From positions 1-28,465 of the IMG/VR virus record IMGVR_UViG_3300044695_004146: a DNA stretch of 28,465 nt; one strand, given 5' to 3'. The position numbers and the translations under genes are program-made. Below are positions 8,090 to 17,541 of the stretch, one piece after another. Position 1 is the first letter of the stretch, and the number at the start of each line of letters is the position of its first letter. The stretch is from a virus. Lineage: Duplodnaviria; Caudoviricetes. The notes under the pieces are model-generated. The model did no database searches. It worked only from the letters and a program-made list of their open reading frames with translations, and was not told the origin of the DNA.

Positions 8090-8476
8090 ATGAAGGACAA
8101 CAAATTTTATGTATATGGACACTTCACCGACGAAAACTCAGAAATTCCTTTCTATATTGGCAAAGGATCCGGTGATAGATATAAAAATCATTCCAACAGA
8201 AATAATGAATGGAAATCCTTTGTAAAAACAAATGGGGTTATTCCAAAAATATTATATACTGATTTAACAGAGCAAGGTGCATTCAACAAAGAAAGGGAAT
8301 TGATCGAACTGTATGGTAGACAGGATACTAATACAGGAACATTGTTAAATAAAAGTTCTGGTGGTGAAGGTGGTACTTATAATAACTATGTACCTGACTG
8401 GTTGGTGAATCATATAAAAATTACTATGTTCAAAGTAGCATTACTAGATTATAATTTTTTGAGAAACAAAATATGA
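8090..8476 (+). CDS. GIY-YIG-family nuclease (homing-endonuclease-like catalytic domain only)
   Basis: FYVYGH...PFYIGKG..DR...E..LI..YGR....G.LLNKSSGGEG; no recognisable NUMOD DNA-binding tail. Confidence 0.8.
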   Translation: MKDNKFYVYGHFTDENSEIPFYIGKGSGDRYKNHSNRNNEWKSFVKTNGVIPKILYTDLTEQGAFNKERELIELYGRQDTNTGTLLNKSSGGEGGTYNNYVPDWLVNHIKITMFKVALLDYNFLRNKI

Positions 8477-8709
8477 AACACACAAAAAATTCATATACAA
8501 CAATACAAATAACAAAAGATTTCAACGAGCATATAAAAAAGTATTGTAAACAATATGAAATTAGCGCGTCAAAAATAACAGAACTTATGTGGAGTAATTA
8601 TATATCTTCCAGTAATTATTTACAAGAAATTATGGTAATGTCGGAAGACGCGAGAATGCATTTAATATCTTCTAGTATGTCTGGTAGTATATCTTTTATG
8701 GGTGTATAA
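8473..8709 (+). CDS. Small protein, possible ribbon-helix-helix DNA-binding
   Basis: ATGA overlap; TTIQI strand followed by two predicted helices (HIKKYCK, SASKITE). Confidence 0.55.
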   Translation: MKHTKNSYTTIQITKDFNEHIKKYCKQYEISASKITELMWSNYISSSNYLQEIMVMSEDARMHLISSSMSGSISFMGV

Positions 8710-8710
8710 T

Positions 8711-9427
8711 ATGGGAACCAGCATCATACCAACAAATTCAACCTATGCGCATTATTACCATAATGTAACGCCAAATCCACACACGCACGAAATTACACCA
8801 AATCCACATAGACATACTATGAAGTTTATAGAATCAGGATCTATTGATGGTCGTCCACGCGTGTTTAATGATGGATGTAAATTGGAGTGTAATATACTAA
8901 TTAAATTAATATACGATTCATTAAATACAGAATTAGCTGGTAGTAAGACTCGTGTCACAGCTGCAGCAAAAAAGGGTAATTGGATTACTGCAAATAAAAT
9001 AGGTAAACCAATTTGTGATTATCTGGAAAATTACTATATTTATCGAGTAATTTGTTATTTACGATCCAGAGTATGGTATACGGAATACGAAGCATTAGCA
9101 AACATACCAACGGTATTGGATATACAATCAACAGGTGCAATGTTAACTAATGCTGGTGGACTACAAGGAACAGAACAACAGGATACACCACCACAGCAAC
9201 CAATTTCACACGCGGATGTTCCTTTACAAATACAGCACTCAGATGTTCCAGTGCGTGTCGATACACCACACGCTGATGTACCACACAATGATACACCGCC
9301 ACCCCCACAAATAAGTTATATATATTGTAGACCACCTGGTGCTTCCTGTGGTTATTACCAAGTTACCGATACGGTAACAGATTGTAGTCAATTAGGCGCT
9401 ACACCAGGATCATTTGAACAATGTTAA
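8711..9427 (+). CDS. His/Pro-repeat protein with Cys-rich C-terminus, possibly virion-associated
   Basis: ATG 1 nt after the previous stop; TPNPHxH x2, HxD(V/T)P x4 and four C-terminal Cys. Confidence 0.7.
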   Translation: MGTSIIPTNSTYAHYYHNVTPNPHTHEITPNPHRHTMKFIESGSIDGRPRVFNDGCKLECNILIKLIYDSLNTELAGSKTRVTAAAKKGNWITANKIGKPICDYLENYYIYRVICYLRSRVWYTEYEALANIPTVLDIQSTGAMLTNAGGLQGTEQQDTPPQQPISHADVPLQIQHSDVPVRVDTPHADVPHNDTPPPPQISYIYCRPPGASCGYYQVTDTVTDCSQLGATPGSFEQC

Positions 9428-9447
9428 ACATTCACGGAAAATAAGTT

Positions 9448-10848
9448 ATGAAAAATGGTTATCTACCAAAAGATCAAAGAAAAAAAATATTATTTCTCGC
9501 AGATGATATGCGAGTAACCTCTGGTGTCGGTACAATGGCACGAGAAATTATCGAAGGAACGGCGCATCGATACAACTGGGTTCAAGTGGGTGCCGCGGTA
9601 TCGCATCCCGAAGTGGGAAAACTTATCGATATGTCGGAAGCTATTAATAATGAAACAGGATTAACGGATGCTTCTGTTAAAATTGTTCCATATAATGGAT
9701 ACGGAGATAGTCGATTAATCCGACAATTACTGGAACTTGAAAAACCAGACGCAATCCTCCATTTCACCGATCCTCGATATTGGATTTGGTTGTATCAAAT
9801 GGAACATGAAATTCGTCAAAATATTCCTATGTTCTTTTATGCAATTTGGGATGATCTTCCGTATCCATATTATAATGAAAATTTCTATCGGTCGGATGAT
9901 TGGATAGGATGTATCAGTAAACAGACATACAACATTGTAAAACATGTATCCCGTAAGGAACCTCGTGCTCCGTGGTCATTGAGTTATGTACCACATGGTA
10001 TTAACACCAGTAAATATCATCCACTACCAGATGATAATGAAGAATTAGTAGAACTTCGAAAGAAGTTATTTAATGGTGATGAGGTAGATTATGTAGTGTT
10101 TTATAACAGTCGTAACATTCGTCGTAAAATGACTTCGGATATTCTGTTAGCATTCGATGTACTCATGAAAAAATTACCAGAAGAACAACGCAAGAAATGT
10201 CGTATGGTGATGCATACACAAAAGATTGATGAGCATGGAACGGATTTACCTGTAGTTATTCGTGATGTAGTTCCTGATATCGAACCGTATGTTGTTTTCT
10301 CCGATGAACGCATTGATTCGAAGAATATTAATTTGTTGTATAATATCGCAGATGTAACCATCAACCTATCCAGTAACGAAGGATTTGGATTGGGCACATG
10401 TGAAAGTATGATGGCTGGCACCCCGATCATTGTAAATGTTACAGGTGGATTACAAGATCAGTGCGGATTCAAAAATGACGAAGGAGAATATCTCGACGCC
10501 GAACACGATTTTACTTACGAATGGGGTTCTAATCACGATGGTCGTTTCCGTGATCACGGTGAATGGGTATTCCCTGTATTCCCCGCATCACGATCACTAC
10601 AAGGATCACCACTAACACCATATATTTTTGATGATCGGTGCTCGTGGGAAGAAGCTGGGCAAAAGTTACTGGAAGTATATAATCTAGGAAGAACTGAACG
10701 CAAACGGCGTGGTGAATTAGGCCGTCAATACGGATTAGGACCAGGACAATTTACTGCAGATCGTATGTGTGAATTGTTCATTGAACATATGGAAAATGCG
10801 TGGGAGAACTGGACCCCGCGTGAACGATTTACTTTGGTGAAGGGATAA
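9448..10848 (+). CDS. Glycosyltransferase, GT-B fold (GT4-like)
   Basis: SGVGTMA, VPHGIN, RNIRRK and NEGFGLGTCESM (ExxxxxxxE) motifs. Confidence 0.9.
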   Translation: MKNGYLPKDQRKKILFLADDMRVTSGVGTMAREIIEGTAHRYNWVQVGAAVSHPEVGKLIDMSEAINNETGLTDASVKIVPYNGYGDSRLIRQLLELEKPDAILHFTDPRYWIWLYQMEHEIRQNIPMFFYAIWDDLPYPYYNENFYRSDDWIGCISKQTYNIVKHVSRKEPRAPWSLSYVPHGINTSKYHPLPDDNEELVELRKKLFNGDEVDYVVFYNSRNIRRKMTSDILLAFDVLMKKLPEEQRKKCRMVMHTQKIDEHGTDLPVVIRDVVPDIEPYVVFSDERIDSKNINLLYNIADVTINLSSNEGFGLGTCESMMAGTPIIVNVTGGLQDQCGFKNDEGEYLDAEHDFTYEWGSNHDGRFRDHGEWVFPVFPASRSLQGSPLTPYIFDDRCSWEEAGQKLLEVYNLGRTERKRRGELGRQYGLGPGQFTADRMCELFIEHMENAWENWTPRERFTLVKG

Positions 10849-10852
10849 GGTT

Positions 10853-12163
10853 ATGAATATTGAACGCAAACCATTATGTATAGTACGTGCTCCGTGTGCA
10901 ACGCGTAGCGGATATGGCGACATGAGTCGTGATATTATTCGTCATCTTATTGAATATGATAAGTTTGATGTGAAAGTACACAGTGTAAATTGGGGTGACA
11001 CGCCAATGAATGCGCTGGATAAAAATAATCCAAAAGATAAGATGATTTTGGATCGTATCATTCATGGAGGACAATTGTCACAACCAGAATTATATGTCAC
11101 CATCACCATTCCAGCAGAGTTCGAACCTATTGGTAAGTATAACATTGGTATCACGGCGGGAATCGAAACTAGTGTTGCGTCAGTTGAATGGGTACAAGCA
11201 TGTAATAAAATGGATTTGGTGTTGACCATCTCAGAACATTCTAAGAATGTATTTAACTTTTCAAAGTATACACAACAAGACCAAAATGGAAATAAATTGG
11301 CCGAGATAAGTGTTACTAAACCTATGGAAGTTTTACATAATTGTATTGACACGAATATATTTAAGAAATTGGAATATGAGTTTAATCTAGAACAATCTAT
11401 AAAAGACACACTTAATACCATTCCAGAAGATTTTTGTTATTTGTTTGTTGGTCATTGGCTTCGTGGAGAATTTGGCGAAGATAGAAAGAATGTTGCACTA
11501 CTGGTTAAGATTTTCTTGGAGACATTCCGACAAGTACCAGGAAATACCAAACCTGCTTTGATTTTAAAAACTAGTTCTGCTGGATTTTCTATTTTGGATC
11601 GTGAAGAAATATTGAAAAAAATTGATCAGCTACGAGAAACTATTAAATTAGACGCTGGACAAGTTATGCCTAATATTTATTTACTACACGGTGAGTTGAC
11701 TGACAAGGAAATGAATTCTTTGTATAATCATCCAAAAGTAAAGGCACATGTTTCTTTCACAAAGGGAGAAGGATTTGGTCGCCCATTACTTGAAGCTTCG
11801 ATTAGTGGTAAACCTGTTATCGCTTCTGGATGGTCGGGACAATTAGATTTCTTGGATAAAGAAAACTCTGTACTGGTTGGTGGTGAACTCAAACCGATTC
11901 ACGAAAGTTCTGTTTGGGACACGGTATTGATTCGTGAATCTACATGGTTTGCACCAGATATGAATCAGTGTGCAAATGCAATGTACGCGGTGTATAAAAA
12001 TTATGGAAACTTTAAAAAGAAAGCTTCTGTGTTGGCGAAGGACAATCGAAAGAAGTTTTCGTATGAAGTAATTCGTCAACGAACATTTGATTTGTTAAAC
12101 AAGTATGTACCTGAATTTCCGAAAGAAACAAAATTAATTTTACCAACACTTAAGAAATTATAA
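10853..12163 (+). CDS. Glycosyltransferase, GT-B fold (GT4-like)
   Basis: TRSGYG, DRKNV and GEGFGRPLLEA...KPVIASGWSG motifs. Confidence 0.88.
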   Translation: MNIERKPLCIVRAPCATRSGYGDMSRDIIRHLIEYDKFDVKVHSVNWGDTPMNALDKNNPKDKMILDRIIHGGQLSQPELYVTITIPAEFEPIGKYNIGITAGIETSVASVEWVQACNKMDLVLTISEHSKNVFNFSKYTQQDQNGNKLAEISVTKPMEVLHNCIDTNIFKKLEYEFNLEQSIKDTLNTIPEDFCYLFVGHWLRGEFGEDRKNVALLVKIFLETFRQVPGNTKPALILKTSSAGFSILDREEILKKIDQLRETIKLDAGQVMPNIYLLHGELTDKEMNSLYNHPKVKAHVSFTKGEGFGRPLLEASISGKPVIASGWSGQLDFLDKENSVLVGGELKPIHESSVWDTVLIRESTWFAPDMNQCANAMYAVYKNYGNFKKKASVLAKDNRKKFSYEVIRQRTFDLLNKYVPEFPKETKLILPTLKKL

Positions 12164-12166
12164 TTC

Positions 12167-12565
12167 ATGGCGTTTTTTGATGATATTCGATCACAATTTG
12201 GTGTTCGTAGATTTACATCACAGAAAGGATTAACACCAGGCAAAGTAGTACAGTTCACATACGATGATGAACAAAAATATGCACTGGTGTTAAATCCTAC
12301 GTGGGAGGGTAAGATGCACGCCCTGTCACTACGCTCTGTGAATGCGGGGTCTATGCAAGAAATTTTATCTTTGGTGGGAAGTAAACAAGCTCCCGATCAA
12401 ATATATTCGTTATTCAAAACATCTAAATTTGTAGCGGATAGACCCTATAGAACATATTTATTAAGTAAGATACAGGCTTTACGAGAAATTTATATAAAAT
12501 CACCACTGATGGGAGAAGCAGATGCAAAACCCACTGACAGGGGAACTACAGAAGGAAAAGCCTAG
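12167..12565 (+). CDS. Hypothetical protein (weak resemblance to T4 gp2 DNA end-protector-like proteins)
   Basis: Tiled ORF; PGKVVQFTY...ALVL...HALSL...YRTY pattern; the family call is weak. Confidence 0.55.
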   Translation: MAFFDDIRSQFGVRRFTSQKGLTPGKVVQFTYDDEQKYALVLNPTWEGKMHALSLRSVNAGSMQEILSLVGSKQAPDQIYSLFKTSKFVADRPYRTYLLSKIQALREIYIKSPLMGEADAKPTDRGTTEGKA

Positions 12566-12668
12566 ATACACAAAACGATATATACAAGAAAAAGATTACT
12601 GGGCAGTTTGGAATTTTATCTTTACAGGTAAACTAGTAGATACTGTTTGGTTGCAGGAACCACAATAA
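12522..12668 (+). CDS. Small hypothetical protein (48 aa; not in ORF track)
   Basis: SD GGGAG at 12511; reads MQNPLTGELQKEKPRYTKRYIQEKDYWAVWNFIFTGKLVDTVWLQEPQ*; fills the gap before 12690. Confidence 0.5.
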   Translation: MQNPLTGELQKEKPRYTKRYIQEKDYWAVWNFIFTGKLVDTVWLQEPQ

Positions 12669-12689
12669 TTTAAGTTAAGGAAGGGTTAT

Positions 12690-13706
12690 ATGACAGAAGA
12701 AGGTAATGTTAGTAAAAAACCACTGAGTGCAGCTAATAAAGTTGCAGTAGTTCTCGGTGGTTGTGGTTTTATAGGACATCATCTAGCTCGTCGATTACAA
12801 ACCGAGGGATATTGGGTACGCGTGGCAGACATCAAAAAACAAGAATATTGTGATGTGTCTACATTTGCAGATGATGTAATGTACGGGGACTTGTCCGACT
12901 ACCAAACATGTGTACAGGCATTGAGCCTCGGTCGTACCGATGTGGAAGTATACCAACTGGCCGCCGATATGGGTGGCGCCGCGTACATCTTCACTGGTGA
13001 GCATGATGCTAATGTGATGACCAACTCCGCGTTGATTAATTTACATACATTAAAAGCAATGGTGGCACTGGGATTGAAGCGAGTATTTTATTCTTCGTCT
13101 GCATGTATCTATCCAGAGCATAACCAGTTGAATCCCGACAATCCAAATTGCGAAGAAAGTTCTGCATATCCGGCAAATCCAGATTCGGAATATGGGTGGG
13201 AAAAGTTATTTAGCGAACGATTATATTTGTCCTATATGCGTAATTATGGTATTGAACCTCGTATTGCACGATTCCATAATGTATATGGTATAGAAGGTAC
13301 GTGGGACGGTGGTCGTGAGAAAGCGCCGGCGGCAATCTGTCGTAAAATCGCCATGATGCAAGATGGTGGTGAAATAGAAATATTTGGTGACGGAAAACAA
13401 ACACGATCATTTTTATATGTCGATGAGTGTGTTGATGGAATTTTACGGTTAATGCATTCCGAATTTTCCGGACCTGTTAATGTAGGATCCGAAGAAATGG
13501 TATCTATCAATCAGTTGGCCGACTTGGTAATGCATATTGCAAATAAAAAACTTAGTATCAAACACATACCTGGTCCACTAGGTGTACGCGGAAGATCATC
13601 CGATAATCGTTTAATTCGTGAAAAACTTCAATGGGAACCAATTTCACCACTTGAGGTCGGAATGACGAAAACCTATAACTGGATTCTTTCGCAGGTACCG
13701 AAATGA
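12690..13706 (+). CDS. GDP-mannose 3,5-epimerase-like extended SDR
   Basis: GGCGFIG, LAADMGG, SSACIY, YGWEK, GGREKAPAAICRK and GVRGR are GME signatures. Confidence 0.88.
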   Translation: MTEEGNVSKKPLSAANKVAVVLGGCGFIGHHLARRLQTEGYWVRVADIKKQEYCDVSTFADDVMYGDLSDYQTCVQALSLGRTDVEVYQLAADMGGAAYIFTGEHDANVMTNSALINLHTLKAMVALGLKRVFYSSSACIYPEHNQLNPDNPNCEESSAYPANPDSEYGWEKLFSERLYLSYMRNYGIEPRIARFHNVYGIEGTWDGGREKAPAAICRKIAMMQDGGEIEIFGDGKQTRSFLYVDECVDGILRLMHSEFSGPVNVGSEEMVSINQLADLVMHIANKKLSIKHIPGPLGVRGRSSDNRLIREKLQWEPISPLEVGMTKTYNWILSQVPK

Positions 13707-14539
13707 TTACTCATGTTTCACTAGGAAATGCTGGTCGGTTTGGTAATCAAATGTTTCAGTTGGCAGCATTAATTGGTATCGCTGAAAAGAACGGGTATGA
13801 CATTAAAATTCCTGTTGAAAATACAGGCAATCCATTTACCTTTTATGATTTGTCTACGCAACAAGCAGAACCAACAGGAATGGAATTACGAAATCCGTTT
13901 GACATTCCCGATGAATATTTTGCACCGTTTGCCGACATATCGTCTGTGGTCGATAAACGATATCAAGAACCATTCTTTCATTTCAATAATCAAACATTTG
14001 ATATCCCAGACAACTCCGATATTTCCGGATATTTTCAAAGTGAAAAGTATTTCAAACACGCCGAAGAAAAGGTACGCGCACTCTTTACTTTTCGTCCCGA
14101 AATACAAGAATTAGCGAAGCAAGAATTAGCAAAGGTAAAGAACGATGCTCCACGAGTATCTATCCATGTACGCCGCGGCGATTATGTAGCAAATTCTGTG
14201 AACCATACGGTAACTGGAATGGAGTATTACACAGAAGTTATTAATAAATTTTTTAGTAAGGAACCCTATAGATTCGTAGTATTCTCCGATGATCCTGAAT
14301 GGTGTAAAGAAATGTTTGAAGGTGGATATATCGTAGATATTAATAATTCGTATGTGGAAATGTGTATGATGAGTATGTGCGACCACCATATCATTGCTAA
14401 CAGTTCATTTAGTTGGTGGGGAGCGTGGTTAAACTCCAATCCCAAAAAGATTGTTACCGCACCATCGAAGTGGTTTGGACCAAATCTCCGTCACAACAGT
14501 GTGATGGATTTATTACCTCATGAATGGTTTTGGGTATGA
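13703..14539 (+). CDS. GT11 alpha-1,2-fucosyltransferase-like
   Basis: GRFGNQMFQ, GYFQSEKYF, HVRRGDY, FSDD and IIANSSFSWWGAWL motifs. Confidence 0.92.
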   Translation: MITHVSLGNAGRFGNQMFQLAALIGIAEKNGYDIKIPVENTGNPFTFYDLSTQQAEPTGMELRNPFDIPDEYFAPFADISSVVDKRYQEPFFHFNNQTFDIPDNSDISGYFQSEKYFKHAEEKVRALFTFRPEIQELAKQELAKVKNDAPRVSIHVRRGDYVANSVNHTVTGMEYYTEVINKFFSKEPYRFVVFSDDPEWCKEMFEGGYIVDINNSYVEMCMMSMCDHHIIANSSFSWWGAWLNSNPKKIVTAPSKWFGPNLRHNSVMDLLPHEWFWV

Positions 14540-15135
14540 GATTAAAAGAATTTTATTATCAAATGGAAGATGTTGACGGAATTGGTTTATCTGACAAGGG
14601 TGACCGACATCCATCACACAAGCACTTTTACATAGATGCATATGACAATTTATTTTCCGCGTGGAAAGATGAACCTATTCAATTAATGGAATTGGGTATT
14701 GCTTCGGGTGCAAGTTTGTTACTGTGGTCGCAGTATTTTACTAAGGGGATTGTTACTGGATTGGACATTGTAGAACCTGTACGAAAGGAGTATTTGCAGA
14801 GTTTACCTAATACAAATATGATATTTGGTGATGCATATGATAACGATAATGCAAAATATTTAGTAGAAAATTTACCAAAGCAAGATGTATTCATCGAAGA
14901 TGGTGCACATGATATTGATAACCAAATTTCTGCGTTGATGAAGTATCATTCACTAGTAAAACCAGGTGGGTATTATATCTGTGAAGATTTATTTATTGCC
15001 AACCTTGCCAAATACTTGATCGACGGAGTATATCAAATTACAGACAGAAATTTCACCACTACTATATTAGATTATCACAATCGTCCAAATGGATTGGCAG
15101 ATGATGTAATGGTTATTATTCAATTCTTAAACTAA
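14536..15135 (+). CDS. Class I SAM-dependent methyltransferase (sugar O-methyltransferase-like)
   Basis: ATGA overlap; DKG...HFY..AY, ELGIASGASL, GLDI, IEDGAH and KPGGYYICED motifs. Confidence 0.82.
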   Translation: MRLKEFYYQMEDVDGIGLSDKGDRHPSHKHFYIDAYDNLFSAWKDEPIQLMELGIASGASLLLWSQYFTKGIVTGLDIVEPVRKEYLQSLPNTNMIFGDAYDNDNAKYLVENLPKQDVFIEDGAHDIDNQISALMKYHSLVKPGGYYICEDLFIANLAKYLIDGVYQITDRNFTTTILDYHNRPNGLADDVMVIIQFLN

Positions 15136-15136
15136 C

Positions 15137-15907
15137 ATGAAAATAGCACTGTGTTTATCTGGCCAACCCCGAGGATTACCGTTATCACTTAAAATGTTAA
15201 AGGCAAATCTCATAGGCATTGAAAACATGGATGTGTTTCTCCATGCGTGGTTTGATCCCGATACTATCGGTCAGCCATATGATAGTGCTCAAGCGCATCA
15301 ACAAGGTCGTGTGGGATTAGTACATCCACAAACCGAAGAATTGTTGCTGAGTTTAAATCCCAAAGAACATTTGTTCGAACCGCAAAAAGATTTTCTATTT
15401 GCTAGACAATTTATATCGCCACCAGAAGCAAATCAAGAACGGATGGCTAGTATCTTCTATTCGATTTATACTGCAAATATGCTTAAAAAGAAATATGAAT
15501 TGGAGCATGGGTTTGAGTATGATTTAGTTATTCGGGCACGATATGATTTGTTGTTTGAGAGTCCAATCAATCCACTGGATTACTGGGAACAATCACGAAC
15601 GCATATAGTAACTGCGGAAAAGTTTCAAGGACTTCGAAACGATCCCAACTTTCATCAGGGTGGATACACCTTAACAGATATTTTCGCATTTTCTACATCA
15701 AAGAACATGGATGTATTTTGCGACACCTATCCACACATGTCATTTATCCATACGCAAATTAATCCTCCATACGGAGAAAATTATTTGGGATTCCGAGTTA
15801 GAGTTATGGGTGGTATCGACGCATATTGTGCTCCGTTTAATTATGAAATTATGCATCGGGTGGTAAATATTAACAATATAGATGAATTGGAAAAACTTTA
15901 CTCATGA
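15137..15907 (+). CDS. Putative glycosyltransferase-like protein (MKIAxCLSG family), paralog 1
   Basis: KIALCLSGQPR, DVFLHAW, YDLVIRARYDL and D.FA motifs; glycan-cluster context. Confidence 0.6.
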   Translation: MKIALCLSGQPRGLPLSLKMLKANLIGIENMDVFLHAWFDPDTIGQPYDSAQAHQQGRVGLVHPQTEELLLSLNPKEHLFEPQKDFLFARQFISPPEANQERMASIFYSIYTANMLKKKYELEHGFEYDLVIRARYDLLFESPINPLDYWEQSRTHIVTAEKFQGLRNDPNFHQGGYTLTDIFAFSTSKNMDVFCDTYPHMSFIHTQINPPYGENYLGFRVRVMGGIDAYCAPFNYEIMHRVVNINNIDELEKLYS

Positions 15908-16659
15908 AAATAGCTGTATGTTTGTCTGGTCATTATAGAACCCACGATACTACTTTTATCAACTGGTGTGAAAAATTATATTCCAAATATGATTGCGATG
16001 TATTTTTTCATACATGGGATGTTAATGGAACCAGAATAGGATTTCAAAATGATGAGGTGGCGGTAGAAGATTTAACTCCATTGGAATATACGGTTGATCA
16101 ATTAAAAGAGAAGTTTAAATTTACTGATGTAATTGTTGAAAATTATAAAGATTTACATGAAACATTTTTACATGTAAGTGCAGTCGCCAGAGAACGAAGA
16201 AAACATATACCAGAGTTGGAAAATAGACGAGCTGTTCATTTGTATTCCATGTGGTATAAAGCATTACAATGTTTTGAATTAATGGAAAATTACGCAAATC
16301 AAAATAATGTTAAGTATGATATAGTAATAAAATCACGACCCGATTTGATTGTTTTTGATCCGACTATTCAAACCACATATCAATTTGAGCATCTGCCTCC
16401 GATTACTTTAAATGAATTAGAACTCGACAAAGTAACAATTCCACTGTTTAACAAATCAGATGAACTACACGATTATTTTGCAGTGGGTACTGTAGACTTG
16501 ATGCGTAAATATCACCAGTTGTATAATCATATGTCATATTTGTTAGACAATATTAGTTTGGCAGATTTTTTAAATCCACATACATTATTGTACAACTACA
16601 CGGAATTATTTGATATACCCGTAAAACCAGTACGAAACTTTATAACTATACAACGATAA
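15904..16659 (+). CDS. Putative glycosyltransferase-like protein (MKIAxCLSG family), paralog 2
   Basis: KIAVCLSGHYR, DVFFHTW, YDIVIKSRPDL and DYFA motifs are shared with the upstream gene. Confidence 0.6.
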   Translation: MKIAVCLSGHYRTHDTTFINWCEKLYSKYDCDVFFHTWDVNGTRIGFQNDEVAVEDLTPLEYTVDQLKEKFKFTDVIVENYKDLHETFLHVSAVARERRKHIPELENRRAVHLYSMWYKALQCFELMENYANQNNVKYDIVIKSRPDLIVFDPTIQTTYQFEHLPPITLNELELDKVTIPLFNKSDELHDYFAVGTVDLMRKYHQLYNHMSYLLDNISLADFLNPHTLLYNYTELFDIPVKPVRNFITIQR

Positions 16660-16660
16660 T

Positions 16661-17530
16661 ATGAGAACAGATTTTACACCAGATAATGTTGAACTATGGA
16701 TATCTAATTGGAAACGAAAGGATTTGATGGATGGATTCGCACGGCAATGGTTAAATACTTTTGATTTTGAACGAGTCAATATCATTACCAATAATTCATC
16801 GGTGACCATAGAAGATTTTGCTGATGATATCAAACCTAGGATAAAGATTTGGAATAATGTAATGCGACACGATTATGCTATCGGCCCCATGGTCGAGAAT
16901 TATAATCAAGCATATGTTCACACCTTTCTCGCAGGTAAAAAATATTGTATTACGGCGCACGATAATATGAATATTCTTCCAGGATGGGTTGACATTATCA
17001 AGCAAACTGATTATGATTTATATATGGCACCGCAAGGTGATCAAGTTACATTAATAACCTTAGAAGGGTTGCGACGATTTGGTTGGTGGGACGAACGATA
17101 CGCAACCAACGGTAATCATGAACTAGATTATTCGTCACGAGCATTACGAAAGGACTTAGGACACAATAAAGCGTCTATTGTAGATTATCATGGGTGGCAT
17201 AATTGGCCTGAACAAGTTCAAGTAGAGGGACAGATTATTAGTCCAATTTGTAAAACGGGGCATCTTGAATATGGTGATGGGTTTCCATATCTCAGATGGA
17301 ATGATGTAGGATTGGACAAGTATTGGGTACGCGTATCGAAACATCAAGTACCACAGTGTGGACCAAAAACAGAAAAATTTGAGAAGTTAACGTGGAATGA
17401 CAGGAAGTGGAGAGGTCAAGCACCAAACATCTTTGAAAATTTCGCACAAGGGCCAGCAGAGGAAGAAATTGATTGGTACCCGTGGTTAGACATAAATTCT
17501 TTAAATTTCGACATTTGCAAAATTACATAG
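16661..17530 (+). CDS. Putative GT-A fold glycosyltransferase
   Basis: YNQA...ITAHDN (DxD position) and FGWWDERY...ELDY (GT2-like C-terminal motif). Confidence 0.55.
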   Translation: MRTDFTPDNVELWISNWKRKDLMDGFARQWLNTFDFERVNIITNNSSVTIEDFADDIKPRIKIWNNVMRHDYAIGPMVENYNQAYVHTFLAGKKYCITAHDNMNILPGWVDIIKQTDYDLYMAPQGDQVTLITLEGLRRFGWWDERYATNGNHELDYSSRALRKDLGHNKASIVDYHGWHNWPEQVQVEGQIISPICKTGHLEYGDGFPYLRWNDVGLDKYWVRVSKHQVPQCGPKTEKFEKLTWNDRKWRGQAPNIFENFAQGPAEEEIDWYPWLDINSLNFDICKIT

Positions 17531-17541
17531 GGGAAATATTA

